64,000 bases of DNA, from assembly GCA_964016885.1 (NCBI GenBank), contig OZ024741.1, positions 140,988,001 to 141,052,000 on the forward strand, written 5' to 3'. Source of the stretch: Eledone cirrhosa (lineage: Eukaryota). The position numbers and the translations under genes are program-made. Of the stretch, positions 28,795-45,106 are shown piece by piece. The first letter of the stretch is position 1; each line of letters begins with the position of its first letter. The notes beneath the pieces are model-generated. The model saw nothing but the letters and a program-made list of their open reading frames with translations, was not told the origin of the DNA and ran no database searches.

Positions 28795-29246
28795 AAATAA
28801 TATGACCCGAAACCAGAGCTCAAGCCGTTTCTACTGCTATTTCTGGACAGAAATAGCCGTCGAAACGCCTTGAGCTCAGCTGTCGGGGTCCTACTCGTTC
28901 CTATATATATATATATATATATATATATCGAAGGAAATGTGGTAAGGAACCAGGTGGACCATAACGCACCAAAGTACTCAATACTTATGGTAGAAACGAG
29001 TAGGACCCCGACGACTGAGCTCAAGCCGTTTCTACTGCTATTTCTGGACTGAAATAGCCGTCGAAACGGCTTGAGCTCTGCCGTCAGGGTTATACTTTTT
29101 CCTATTACCCACTCTACTACCCTAAGTATTGAGTACTCCGGTGTGTTATGGTCCTTCTGGTTCCTTCTGGTTCCTTCTGGTTCCTTCGTTATATATATAT
29201 ATATGAAAATGTTCAAGATCTCAGCGGCAGAGCTCAAGCCGTTTCT
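28565..29246. mobile_element. Cluster of four family X copies/fragments separated by (TA)n
   Basis: 28565-28752, 28790-28903, 28929-29190 (long arm on both sides), 29205-29246. Confidence 0.8.
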
Positions 29247-29379
29247 TATAACTTAACACGTCATACAAAGTAAAATATTTCGTTCTAATCATTTTCTAAC
29301 CCAGAAAAAAGAGAGAGAAAAATAAAAAGGGAAAAAAATATATTTTTCTTCCTAATAACCGTCTTTTTCTCCCTGTTTT

Positions 29380-29474
<95 letters not shown>

Positions 29475-29497
29475 TATATATATACATATATATATAC

Positions 29498-29571
<74 letters not shown>

Positions 29572-29601
29572 CATATTATTTATATATATATATATATATA
29601 T

Positions 29602-30211
29602 ATGGTGGCTGCCAACTCGTTTTCGAGTACGGCCACTACTTTATAACCATGTAGGAGAACCCCTACCGATACGCTGAACGAGTGTGACTTTTTAGTCCAG
29701 CCAGCAACTTGAAAACTCTGGTACAAACACTACACTTGTGACAATTATTGACACATAGTGCTGGGCCCATGGTACCATGTAATGACAAGCGCAGAGAGAT
29801 CTCCAGATACAAAGCAATGCCTGTGCCGTGAAGCTTTTATAGTGAGCAAAGGCACTGCACAAAGCCAGTCCCACTCTCTTAACCAAGATGATATTTACCA
29901 AAAAGAAGAACAAGTCAACATCATTGGATACCATCAGGGTTGCAGGTGTTATATCAGAGTTTTCCTTCTCCTAGAATTCTGCCTTGACAAAGGCTAAGGG
30001 GTCATCTCTCCCGGTGATTTTGGATGGCCATTGACTCTTAAGAGCTCCTTTGCCCTTTGACAGGTTTTGTTTTTAGTCCTGCAGGATGTCCAAAGTCACC
30101 CTCCTCACCAAGAAACCTTAGTGGGGTTGCCAGTTTAGTCGCCAACGACCCGACCATGAGACAGGTTGTACTGGGATACATGTTACCAGTAGCACCAAGT
30201 GGTGACCTGAC
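29602..30211 (-). mobile_element. Non-autonomous bipartite RTE-derived element with (TA)n tail
   Basis: RTE-type 5' UTR (CTAGGAGAAGGAAAACTCTGA) fused to a C2H2-finger-coding 3' end (CSVCTRVFK..AGLKSH). Three copies in the window. Confidence 0.75.
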
Positions 30212-30219
30212 ATAATATA

Positions 30220-30265
<46 letters not shown>

Positions 30266-30382
30266 ATTGTTTCTCCTTAAGACACAAGGCCAGCAAATAC
30301 CCAGTGCATCACTGGTACTTTATTTTATCGACCCCGTAAGGATGAAAGGCAAAGTCAACCTCGGCGTGATTAATAATAATAA

Positions 30383-30562
30383 ATTTGAAGACTAAAATCC
30401 AAAGAGGGCTCGATAAGGATAAATATATATCAAGTATATAAGAACCGTAGTGCAAATATTTATTAAAATAACAGATTAAAGTTTAAGCATAGAATGGCTG
30501 CTTTCACCCTTAACGGGATCTTATTCTTTGCTTAAACTTTAATCTGTTATTTTAATAAATAT
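30383..30562 (-). mobile_element. Fold-back element with partial HHR (AGA-tccc gttaa gggt-GAAA); relatives at 57545-57625, 57927-58030, 47045-47085
   Basis: Inverted arms tatttattaaaataacagattaaagtttaagca and tgcttaaactttaatctgttattttaataaata. Confidence 0.6.
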
Positions 30563-30778
30563 ATATATATATTGAGAGAGAGAGAGAGAGAAGGAGTGAG
30601 TGAGAGAGAGAACGAGAGCGTGAGAGATGTAAAACCTTTACCACGGTTGCATGAGCTTTCCGCTTTTGAAACCGCTTGGAACCGTGGTCGTGACTTTACA
30701 TATTTTTATACCCTCTCTGCATCTCCTCATGCATCGAGTACTTCCATGATTCTTGGTCTCCTCGGTCTCTGCACTGCA

Positions 30779-30903
<125 letters not shown>

Positions 30904-30907
30904 TATA

Positions 30908-31192
30908 ATTGAGGTTGGATGCTTAAAGCGTCCGTACGCAGTAGGCCGTTTGAGCACTCGATGCTCTCATAGAGCATAGTATGATATCACAGAAAAAAAG
31001 AGAATCAGTTTTGCGACGAATGGAATTTATTGGACATATTACAATCGTTTCTCTGGAGACCAGCCTCGATTTTCAGAGTCAGGTTCGATCACCATAAAGA
31101 TCGTGCCTCGAACTGGTCGCCAGAGAAAAGATTGTAATATGTCCAACAAATTCCATTCGTCGCAACACTGATTCTCCTTTTTTCTGTGATAT
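30908..31192 (-). mobile_element. Fold-back element with degenerate HHR-like motif
   Basis: Arms 30983-31065 and 31110-31192 are inverted. Minus strand ctgaaaa...ctgg tct ccag a-GAAA-cgattg-TA, then AATAAA. Confidence 0.55.
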
Positions 31193-31773
31193 ATATATAA
31201 GAAAATGATGTCTACACGTCTGAAAGTATATGGAAAAGAAATTGAAAATGCAACTGGAGTCTTTTAAGAATATTATATCTTTTCAAATATAAAATTGAGA
31301 TGGAGGGTATGTGTTACCGTATTTTTTTTGTTTTTTTTTTGTCTTGCGTATATATATATACACAGCGTGAAAACCCCCCTTCGTTCACAAATGACCATGG
31401 GATTTGTACCTAGAAAGTGCCCCGCCAAGGCACAAATCCGGGCAAGGTTGTTTGTGGAAGACCAGCAGTAATCCAGTCATACCAGTTTACCCTCTCCATG
31501 CCACCGGTTTTGTCCAAGATTAAAACAAATGCCGTTACAGCTTGGCACCAGTGACGTCGCAACTGATTTCTACAGCTGAGTGAACTGGAGCAACGTGAAA
31601 AAAGTGTCTTCCTCAGGAACACATCGCAAGGCCCGATACGAGAATCGAACTCACAACCTCACGTTTGTAAAGCCGACCTTCTAACCACCCGCCTTTACAT
31701 ATATATATAAACTGTGGGTAGGGTTGTTGAAACCTAATCTGCACCCATTGACCCTTTCGCACTTGTATACATT

Positions 31774-32193
31774 AATCGTTTCTACTTTTTGGCACAAGGC
31801 CAGCAATTACACAGTACTTAACTGGTACTTTATTTTATCGACCCCGTAAGGAGAAAGGCAAAGTTAACCTCGGCGGGATTTGAACTCAGAATGGCAAATG
31901 CCGTAACTCTATGCGTCAAAGCATTGCGTCCGACCCTCTACCGATACTTGTATACATCAATGTATACATTATTATTTATACAATTATACATACTTGTATA
32001 CATTAATTGTTTCTACGTTAGGCACAAGGCCAGCAATTAACCAGTGTATTACTGGTACTTTATTTTATCGACCCCGTAAGGATGAAAGGCAAAGTTAACC
32101 TCGGCGGGATTTGAACTCAGAATGGCAAGGGCCGTAACTCTATGCGCCAAAGTATGGCATCCGATACTCTACCAATACTGCCAATCCACCGCC
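31774..32193 (-). mobile_element. Two SINE family A copies (31774-31947, 32005-32193)
   Basis: Match family A. Shared flank tatacattaat. Confidence 0.85.
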
Positions 32194-33114
32194 TACTATA
32201 CATTAATGTTAGTGTATTACGTTTTAGATGGGGCACATTCTTATGAGTACAGTATCTATGTAGCACATACATACATGAATGTGTATGCACATATACGTGC
32301 ATGTATACATACATGCATACATACTTACATAAATATATACTTGCATGCATACATGCATACATACTTGCGTGCATGCATGCGTACATAGATACGTACATAC
32401 ACACATACATGCATATATCTGTACATGAATACATCTATATATATATATATATATATACTTGCATACAAACATACATGCACACTTGCATACATGCATGCAT
32501 ACTTATATGCACACATGAAAAGCTGGGCTTCACAGAAATAGAAGGAACACGACTAGTTTTCTTTTTTTTTTTTCATTTAAAGAAAAATGTATGTCATACA
32601 GTATGGTTAATCCAAGTGGAACAGTAAAAATATGTAAAACATTCCAAAAATGTTGCATCTAATAACTGCATATACGCTTGTACAGGTACAAACCATTTGC
32701 ACATGCACACATACAACTCAAAACATACACATCCACACATACAAAAACATCCATACCTGCACACACATGCATGCATGCAGACATGCAGACATATCTACTT
32801 AGTTGATGTTGTGTAATTTCCAATGAGAGAGTCTTGTATATATGTTAAAAACCTACTCTCTTTCTCTAATGGTAAACATTTGTGAAATTATAAAACCAGA
32901 AGAACATATATACATACATGCTACATACATTTATACACACATGCATACATACATCCATCCATACATACATACATACATACATACATACATACATACATAC
33001 ATACATACATACATACATACATAATACATACATACATACATATATTCAGACATACATACATAATCCATTGTATAAAGGAAAAGTAAAATGCCGATGCTGA
33101 ACTAATAATCATTA

Positions 33115-33483
33115 TGTGGATTGGCAGTATCGGTAGAGGGTCGGACGCCATGCTTTGACGTATAGAGTTGCGGCCCTTGCCATTCTGAGTTCAAATCCCG
33201 CCGAGGTTTACTTTGCCTTTCATCCTTGCGGGGTCGATAAAATAAAGTACCAGTAATGTACTGGGTAATTGCTGGCCTTTTGCCAAAAGTAGAAACAATT
33301 ATTTATATTGGCAGTTTCGGTAGAACGTCGGACATGCTTTCCAGCGTAGTTACGTCCCTTCACGATCTGAGTTCAAATCCCGCCAAGGTTAACTTTGCCT
33401 TTCATCCATACAGAAGTCGATAAAATAAAGTACCAGTAATGTACTGGGTCATTGCTGGCCTTGTGCCAAAATTAGAAACAATT
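33115..33483 (+). mobile_element. Two tandem SINE family A copies
   Basis: A/B boxes and central domain present twice. Confidence 0.85.
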
Positions 33484-33914
33484 ATTTATATACTCCATCC
33501 TGTCTATAGTTATAATTTTCTACAAGTCATCATTGCAGCGCTAGGACATGGTGTTTTACTTGTTTAGAACAAAACATTAGCCATTGGGCTTTACGAAACC
33601 AGAAAATGTGGGCAAATGAGGAAAATGCAGATACAAAAAAAATCGTTATTGGCTCTCTGAATTATTACAGAAAGTTAGCAAGCAGTAACAGCATATACTC
33701 AAGTGAAAATATACGTATTGATGCGCATTAATTCAAAACATACAGACCCACACATCATTCATGCAGACTCACATATATAATTAGCTTGTTGATATTTTCT
33801 AAACGCCACTGAAAGTCTTTGGTTTATTGATTAGAAACCGTATTTCTGTCTCATTGTGTGATATTAAGAAATATATAAAACCAGAATATCATGCATAATT
33901 ACATACATATATGT

Positions 33915-33968
<54 letters not shown>

Positions 33969-34117
33969 GTGATATATATTTGTCTTAATATCACACAATG
34001 AGACAGAAATATATATATATATATGCACGGATGTATGTATGTATGTATTCATGTATGTATTCATGTATGCATGTATGTATGCATGTATGTGTGTTTGTAT
34101 GTATGTACATATGCATG

Positions 34118-35336
<1,219 letters not shown>

Positions 35337-35926
35337 GCATATGTACATACATACAAACATAGATATATGCATACATACTTACATGCATAAGTACATACAA
35401 ACATGAATACATGCATACATACATTCATACATATATACAAATATACATACATACATACATACAAACATACATGCATGCATACATACATACATACATACAT
35501 ACATACATACATACATACGTACATACATACATACATACATACATACATGCATGCATACATACATGCATGCATACATACATACATGCGTACATACATACAT
35601 ACATACAGTCATAAATGACATATTTAGGCACATATGTAATTATATTTATACAAATCAATGAGTATACGCGTACGGCTGTATATTCAACCACATTACAATG
35701 AGTTCGGTTTAGGGCATATAACTGTGATAGCTCTATCAGAAACAATAGAAGACTAAATAGCACACTCAAATCATATTGGATATATATTATATAATGTGAA
35801 AATCAGGCATTGATATACAAAGCAGGATGGCTTCTAGCACTGTGGTTTTGCTACACATCTTGATAATGGCTGAAAAGAGGCTAGACAACGATATAACATA
35901 TATACATATAAATATGTATATATATG

Positions 35927-35961
<35 letters not shown>

Positions 35962-36384
35962 TTGTGTGTGCACGCGTCTGTGTGTGTGTGTGTGTGTGTG
36001 TGCGCGTGTGTGTCTTTGTGTGTGTATGTGTGTATGAGAGACAGAGAGACAGACAGCTAGATAGATAGATATACATATATATATATGGAATGACACAGTT
36101 CATATAATTCTGGATCAGATTTAACAAGTGTCTACACAGTATCTACATTCTTGAGGTGCAGTTATATTTCTGATTTGAGTGTTTTGACTTTAGTAAACAT
36201 ATATTGAACTAATCGATTTCGAAAGGATGAAATGTATAGGTGAAACCAAAGGGATTTGAACTCTGTGCAGAGATCCATACAAAATAATATAAATCATTCT
36301 ATACTTCCATCTAACATCTGTGGTAATTTGAAGACTGTGGCAAATATGTTCCAAGTTCAGAAAAAAAAATTACACAATGGCAAA

Positions 36385-36560
36385 TAATTGTTTATACTTT
36401 TGGCCCAAGTCCAGCAATTACCACAGTGCATTACTGGTACTTTATTTTATCTACTCCGAAAGTATGAAAGGCAAAGTTAACCTTGGTGCGATTTGAACTC
36501 AGAACATAACGGGCCGTAACTATATGCTACAAAGCATAGTGTCCAACGCTCTACCAATTC
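36385..36560 (-). mobile_element. SINE family A, diverged
   Basis: Matches family A. Confidence 0.75.
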
Positions 36561-36662
36561 CCATAATATCTGTGGTCACGTATATTAATAAATGCAAATA
36601 TATCGACAGGTACCACGGCAGGCAGATTTGTACATCTTCTAGAGTTGTCTATATGCATATCC

Positions 36663-36733
<71 letters not shown>

Positions 36734-36764
36734 ACATACACACATATATATTTCGCATATATTC

Positions 36765-37373
36765 CGTGATGACGTCCTTCACGCCGGACTTCTGTCTATA
36801 TGACTTCTCTCCTGATCTGCTCTCTCAACGAGATTCCAAGCATTGATCTCTCCATGGCTCTTTGAGCCGTTACCACCCTTTGCTCTTCTCTCTTCGTTGT
36901 AGCCCAAGTTTCACTGCCATATAACATTGCAGGTAAAACTGTGCTATTGAAGAGGTCGGCGCAAGGGAGTGAAGCAAGGAGAATGATTTCTCCAAAACTT
37001 TTCACCGCGTGTCTCGAGCAGATCATCAGAGGCATTGAATGGCGTATCAACATTAGCAACGAGATACTTACCCACCTCCGTTTCGCTGAAACCATGGATC
37101 AGCTTCAGACAGTGCTGACAGAGCTCGACATCAAAAGCTCTGCAGTAGGCCTCAAGATGAACCGCATGAAAACGAAGTTCATGCGGTCCGACAATGTACC
37201 AACAGGTCGAATGGTGGTTGGCGGTGATGAAATAGAGGAGGTGGAGGAATACGTCTACCTGGGACGAGAAGTGAACATGCGCCGAGACATTGAGAGGGAG
37301 ATCTCGCGGAGAGTAAGGGCCGGATGGAAGGCGTTCAACGACAGAAGGGATGTGCTCAAGGGTAGGTTGAACA

Positions 37374-37376
<3 letters not shown>
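36765..37376. mobile_element. RTE-clade RT fragment with internal inversion
   Basis: Plus strand ISPKLF..HLRFA..GLKMNRMKTKFM..YVYLG..EISRRVRAGWKAF..GRLNK. Minus strand ADLFNSTVLPAMLYGSETW..QRAMERSMLGISLR. Confidence 0.85.
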
Positions 37377-37416
<40 letters not shown>

Positions 37417-37625
37417 CATAGTAATAATAATAATATTTATACTTATATATGAGTTATATATAATTATAAATATGGAGGGTAGTACTAAGCACTAGCCAAT
37501 TACCAGTAAGAGAAAAGGCTCAATGTAAATCATCAAATGTATTACAGAGTCGAGATACAAAATATAAAACGAGTGAAAATGTTCCGAAGACTAGGATTAT
37601 AATTACTTGTTTAAACATTGTGTAT

Positions 37626-37669
37626 GCTCCGATGAATCCAGATATTCATCTGGAGAAACAATTGTCACC
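37626..37669 (+). ncRNA. Degenerate minimal HHR in a pLTR-like fragment
   Basis: CCGATGA-a tccagat attc atctgga-GAAA-caattg-TC, then ATTAAA and (TA)n. U4C core change and poor stem I. Confidence 0.55.
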
Positions 37670-37709
37670 AATTAAATGTATTAAACTAAAATTTGATTGT
37701 TTTATATTT

Positions 37710-37797
<88 letters not shown>

Positions 37798-37973
37798 CAT
37801 ACATATATATATATATGTATGGATATATATATATATATATATAAATATATAAATATATACATATATATATATACATATATATACATACATACACAATATA
37901 TATATTGTGTATGTATGTATATATATATATGTATATATGTATATATGTATATATATACATACATACATATATG

Positions 37974-38013
<40 letters not shown>

Positions 38014-38115
38014 CATACACATTATATATATTGAGTATGTATGTATATATATGTATATATGTATATATGTATATATTTATATATATATATACATACATAT
38101 ATATATATATATGTA

Positions 38116-38153
<38 letters not shown>

Positions 38154-38263
38154 CATATATACATATATACATATATATACATACATACACAATATATACA
38201 TATATATACATAATATATATACATATATATATATATATATACTTATTATATATATATATATTA

Positions 38264-38331
<68 letters not shown>

Positions 38332-38823
38332 GAAAGAGAGAATATATGTGCATATATATGTGTGTATGTGTATGTGTGTTTGTAGATGTATCTATGTATA
38401 TATTAATATATATTTAATATATTTGTTTGTGTGTGTATAGTGAACGTGAATGGCTCGGTGCTAAGAGCGTTGGGCGCATAACCGCATGGTTGTGAGTCCG
38501 ATTGCCGAATTAGAGGTTGCGATGTTTCCTTGAGCAAGACACATCATTTAACTCAGCTGGGCAGAATGTCTTGCGACGTCAATTGTGCCAAATTTTATGG
38601 GCCTTTGCCTTTCCCTTAGACGTCCTCGGTTGCGTAGAAATGGCGGGACTGGTATGCATGGGCTAATGCTGATTTTTCAGTGAAAAGCACCTTTATGGGC
38701 TTGTGCTTTGGATGCGGAATTTCTAGGTGCAAAATCCATGACTATTTGTCCTTTTTTGTATTATGTATATTATGCACATATATATCTTATGTGTGTGTCT
38801 CATAGTACAGACACACATGCGCG

Positions 38824-38931
<108 letters not shown>

Positions 38932-38932
38932 T

Positions 38933-38970
<38 letters not shown>

Positions 38971-39828
38971 GTGTGCCCGTGTGTGTTACTTAACCTTGAT
39001 TCACGTTATATTTATGAACTATTTATCATGATTACTCTTATTGATATCCGCCCCCATACTCCCGGAATTGATAAAGAAGATACCATTCAATAATTGAGGC
39101 TGAGATAATCGGCTTCTCTCCCTTGAAAACTCCGGTCCCTATGTCTAAATTAGAAACCATTATTAATCTCTCCTTTCAGAATTGTAACATTCGAAGTTAC
39201 AATAGAAGGTCAATCATTTGTTAAACTCCGTCATATTCAACGATGTGAATTAGAGTTTATTCGATCAAAAGAACCTACTGCTCGTAAAATTAACTTATTT
39301 CGGCTATGTATTGCACAGACACGTGTATCCTTAACTAATTGTCTGTGAGATTCAGAGTGATACAATATGTTACAAGGCTGGTAGGAAGGTTAAATTACAT
39401 TTTATTTTTGCAACTAAGTGGACTGGTGTAACATGAAAAGGTCATGCTCAAGGACACAACACACCACAGGGAATCACTCTAGACAACTTTATGAACATCT
39501 TAATCACTAAGCCATTTGCCTTCTCCAAACGTAAAAAGAGGGACCATTGAAGTTGTAATGCATTTTGCCACGTCTCATGGATTTTCAAATCAAATTTGTA
39601 TCAAAACCAAAGTAACTGTCCCTGAATTCTCTTCTATCAGACTGCTGTGTATATGAAATAGTTCCACAGAAGGAGGCTGTAACCGTAGATCCCCGTCCAT
39701 TAAAATGTAAGGAATATATATCAAATATACTTTAATATATATGCATAGATTTAACATGTTTACGATTCGTTTAGATTTAATTTCATCATCATATCATTTA
39801 TAAATTCAATTATGTTTCGTTTCCACTG

Positions 39829-39879
<51 letters not shown>

Positions 39880-39886
39880 CGCGTGT

Positions 39887-39922
<36 letters not shown>

Positions 39923-40062
39923 AAAGCCGCGATTAAGTTACAGATTTAATTTTTTTTATTCAAATTTTTTTCCGAAAAAGATCGTATGGGCCAATTATAC
40001 TAATATAAACCTATTACTGTATGTAGATTTATGTAAGTTTCTATATACGCATATGCATAAAT

Positions 40063-40162
<100 letters not shown>

Positions 40163-40319
40163 TTATATGTGTGTGTGTGTGTGTATTTGGCATTATATAC
40201 TTATATATAGTGCAACTACATCGAAAATACTTTTTGAGTACTGGTATATATATATATGAAAATGTTAGAGCCCGATGGCAGAGCTCAAGCCGTTTTGACG
40301 GCTATTTCTGGACTGAGTA

Positions 40320-40423
<104 letters not shown>

Positions 40424-40524
40424 AAATGGGGAGAAGAATACTGCAGGTTGCACATGGATAACATGTAATAAAATGAGTCCCTCATCAGTGATTTGCCGAC
40501 GATCATAGATATTTCATTGCATTA

Positions 40525-40605
<81 letters not shown>

Positions 40606-40617
40606 ATATATATATAT

Positions 40618-40724
40618 AACGAAGGAATTGTGGTAAGGAGCCAGATGGGCCATAACGCACCAGAGTACTCAATATTTAGGGTAGTAGAGTGGGTAATAAG
40701 AAAAAGTATGGGGTCATACTTTTT

Positions 40725-40728
<4 letters not shown>
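40618..40728 (-). mobile_element. Family X copy with the hairpin collapsed; hairpin fragment also at 40258-40320
   Basis: Same ends as full copies, centre missing. Confidence 0.75.
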
Positions 40729-40807
<79 letters not shown>

Positions 40808-40819
40808 GTATGTATATTT

Positions 40820-40936
<117 letters not shown>

Positions 40937-41350
40937 TATATATATATTCAGGCATATATTGTTGCATGAATAATGCTATGACAACTTGTCACCTTCATCA
41001 GCAGCCTTATCTACCAAAAGTTCGTAAATATGTTGTGTTATTCTATAACGTAGTATCGAGGATGTGCTCCAATGGCTGCAATATCAAGACGCAAATACTT
41101 TCAATTTGCGATACGAATAACTTGGCACGTTAACTCGAATTTTCTAAATCAAGATTTCAACCACATAACTGGTGCATGTATGGCTGTGTGCTTAACATCT
41201 TTGCTTTTTAATCTGGATGTTATGAATTCTAACCCTGTGTGGCACAGAGGGGAAAGTGTCGTGTCTATTTATAGACTGAGCTATTCATGTTGAGTAATGC
41301 ATTGTTAGTGGAATTAGCTAGACAATAATTACAAAGGCCCGTAATATATA

Positions 41351-41396
<46 letters not shown>

Positions 41397-41475
41397 TGTA
41401 TACATTTGTATATCGATATACTTAGACATAGATATAGATACACACGCAAACAAACACACAAACACGCGCGCACAT

Positions 41476-41652
<177 letters not shown>

Positions 41653-43045
41653 CATAACCGGTACTATTTCGGGGAGAGAAAATAGTGAAACTTGAATAAA
41701 TATAAAAAGTGGTATATGTCTGAATTCAGTGAGAAAATAAGATGAAACACTCACACATGCTGTTATTTAAACATCCATTGATGCATCTGTACACTCTATG
41801 CAAAAGCGTTTAACTTAGTGATTAAGGTGTTAGTTTCTCGTTCATAAGGCTATTAGTTTGATTGGCATCGGCGTGTGGTGTCCTTGATCAAGTAACTTTA
41901 TTTCACGATGTTCCCTTCCATTAAAGTGCAAAAAAGGAGTTTTACTTGTACTTTGAACTGCCAGCCCTATAATCTACGTCAAGGATACACCTATCTGTGC
42001 AACCATATGCTCGTTAAGCAACTACAACACTTATTTTCACGATCGATGGAGGTCCTATCCGTACCCCCACCACATAAAAATACGTTATATCCATATAATA
42101 ATGCATAAAAGCTTATTCGCATGCACTTATTCTATACATACAAACACCTACGATGTTACTGAAGAATTACGCAGGCATTGATGTGTTGATAATGAGTTCG
42201 CTTCGCAACCACCTACTGTCGGTTTCAGTTTAGTAGCATAATTTCTTGGGCAGGTGTCTTCTATTATAACCTCGGGTTGCGAGTGAGATTTGGTAGACGG
42301 AAAAAACAGACGACCGCCGAATATATTTGTAAGTGTGTCTGTGATTATTTCCCGTCACTTATCGTTTAGACAAATGGAAAGTAATCAATAATTTAATTAC
42401 CAGAGTTGAAGAAAGAAGATATTGTGGCCGAGTTGTTCGACATTAAGCTGGTGTTCCTGCATGGCCATAGCCAAATAAGTAAAATATGTAAAACAATTAA
42501 AAAGACACAAATGCATATGAACACAGGGATGCGTATGAATGCAACCGTTCAGACACATGTGTCACATACCAATGCACACACATTCTAACAAACGAATATC
42601 CATTCACACAAACGCCTACGCTGCTTTCCAGCTTCTTCACCATATTGGTAATGTAAGACGTTGCCTATAAATTTTCAAATAATGTTGTCATAAACTAGTA
42701 ATATAACTAACTTTCTCCATATTATGGTGGTGTTTGCAATAAAACTTAAATGTTCTAACATAATATTATGATAGAATTTTTTTCTTAAATAATTATAATC
42801 ACTTTAAAACTGCATTGTATTTTTTATAGAATAAAGGGTGGTTCTAGGCGGTTTGACATTGAAAATTTTTTTTAAATCTCAAACACACTTGTTTAATGTA
42901 TAAATATATATATTTGTTTTTAATACAAAAGCAATTTAGATTACTGGATCTATGACTTGAATTGCTCGGGTTTGTGCGCTGCAGACACAGATCAATGTCA
43001 TCAATTTCATTTACCATATTCACGTTTATGCGTACACATACACAA

Positions 43046-43111
<66 letters not shown>

Positions 43112-43391
43112 TACATTACAACGTACCTGGCAATCAAGTATGAATTCATAGTAAGTACTATGAATTTGCTAAATGTTTTAAGTGTCCATACAAGCAGAAA
43201 CAGATACTGACACTCTCTCTTGACTCTTATTACTTTGATCCAGCATGTGACGGTTGAGAGAGGAAAGGGGTGTAGTGGGCTGGCACCATCTTTATCGGCA
43301 CTACATGAATGAAAGAAAAAGTGAACCTCGTCGACTCGTCGAGATTTAAACGCAGGGTCCTCAAACAATTATACACCTCAATAACGGGTCT

Positions 43392-43446
<55 letters not shown>

Positions 43447-44066
43447 GCATGTGTCGTTGTTGCTATTATTTAGTCTAAAATAAGTAACAAACATTTTTAT
43501 GAATTAATATTTTAAAAGTTTGGTTTATGATTTCGGCACGTAGTCAACAATCCAGGGTGAGTGGAAGCTCGTTTAAAGCAACCCCAGTACGTTGCTAGTA
43601 CGATATTTTATCGAGCTCGTAAGGATGAAAGGCAAAGCTAACCCCAGCGGAATTGGAACTGCCGAAATTAGGTTTGCTTATGATACGTACCTGGTCGATA
43701 AAATAAAATACCGGCAATACACTGACAGGGGTTAATTGAATCGACTTTCCATTTTCCCAAAGTTGTTGGCTTTGAGCCTAAATCAGAAACCATTAAAATG
43801 TTTGATTGTGTTTTATAAGAGATTTGTCTGTTATTTCTAGTAGGTCGGGTGGAGGTTTCATTATCTGTTTTGTGTTCATATATGACGTCAAACTTACAAA
43901 ACGTATTACATAATATAGCTGGCAGACTCATGATTTTGTGACAGAGACAATAAAGACGAATATATATATATAGACAGAGAGAGATAATGTGTGTGTGTAT
44001 GTGTTTGTGCGTGCGTGTGTGCGTTTGTGTTTGTGTGTATGTGTGTGTGTTTGTGTGTGTGTGTTT

Positions 44067-44121
<55 letters not shown>

Positions 44122-44387
44122 TATCACTCTCAGGACAATAAAACAGAAATGCAGACATCTGATATGATGAAATGAGGAAGAGAGACGGCGAGAGAGAATA
44201 AGCGGTACACACTCCACCCACCCGCTGAAACGCATTCAACCGTGAAACATATATACAGATGTGTTCATTGAGAAGTAAAATTGCATATTTCCATTTATAC
44301 GTATACATATACGATACATGAAATTTGTATTGTGTGTGTGTGTCTGTGTGTTACTTAATTTATATATTTATATTCATATATACATAC

Positions 44388-44470
<83 letters not shown>

Positions 44471-44517
44471 TATGTGTATGTATGTATATATATTTGATAT
44501 GTATGTATATGATATAT

Positions 44518-44940
44518 ATGGTGGCTGCCAACTCGTTTTCGAGTACGGCCACTACTTTATATCCATGTAGGAGAACTCCTACCGATGCGCTGAACAAGTG
44601 TGACTTTTTAGTCCAGCCAGTGACTTGAAAACTCTGGTACAAACACTACACTTGTGACAATTATTGACACATAGTGCTGGGCCCATGGTACCATGTGACG
44701 ACAAGTGTAGAGAGATCAGAGATCTCCAGATATAAAGCAATGCCTGTGCCGTGAAGCTTTTATAGTGAACAAAGGCACTGCACAAAGCCAGTCTCACTCT
44801 CTTAACCAAGATGATATTTACCAAAAAGAAGAACAAGTCAAGTCAACATCATTGGATACCATCAGAGTTGCAGGTGTTATATCAGAGTTTTCCTTCTCCT
44901 AGAATTCTGCCTTGACAAAGGCTAATGTGTCATCTCTCCC
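44518..44940 (-). mobile_element. Non-autonomous RTE-derived element, 5'-truncated copy
   Basis: Matches 29602-30012. Confidence 0.8.
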
Positions 44941-44972
44941 TATATATATGATATATATATATATATACATAC

Positions 44973-45068
<96 letters not shown>

Positions 45069-45106
45069 TTGTGTGTATATGTATGTGTTTATGTATGTGT
45101 ATATAT

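Noticed and set aside
28565-29246. CRISPR-like array of palindromic repeats
   Set aside because: Eukaryotic context, irregular spacing, (TA)n spacers and no cas genes.
33115-33300. tRNA genes
   Set aside because: A and B boxes belong to SINE heads with a long spacer and non-tRNA body; no cloverleaf was found.
40484-40492. CTGATGA on the minus strand as an HHR
   Set aside because: No stem II or GAAA follows; at most an isolated remnant.
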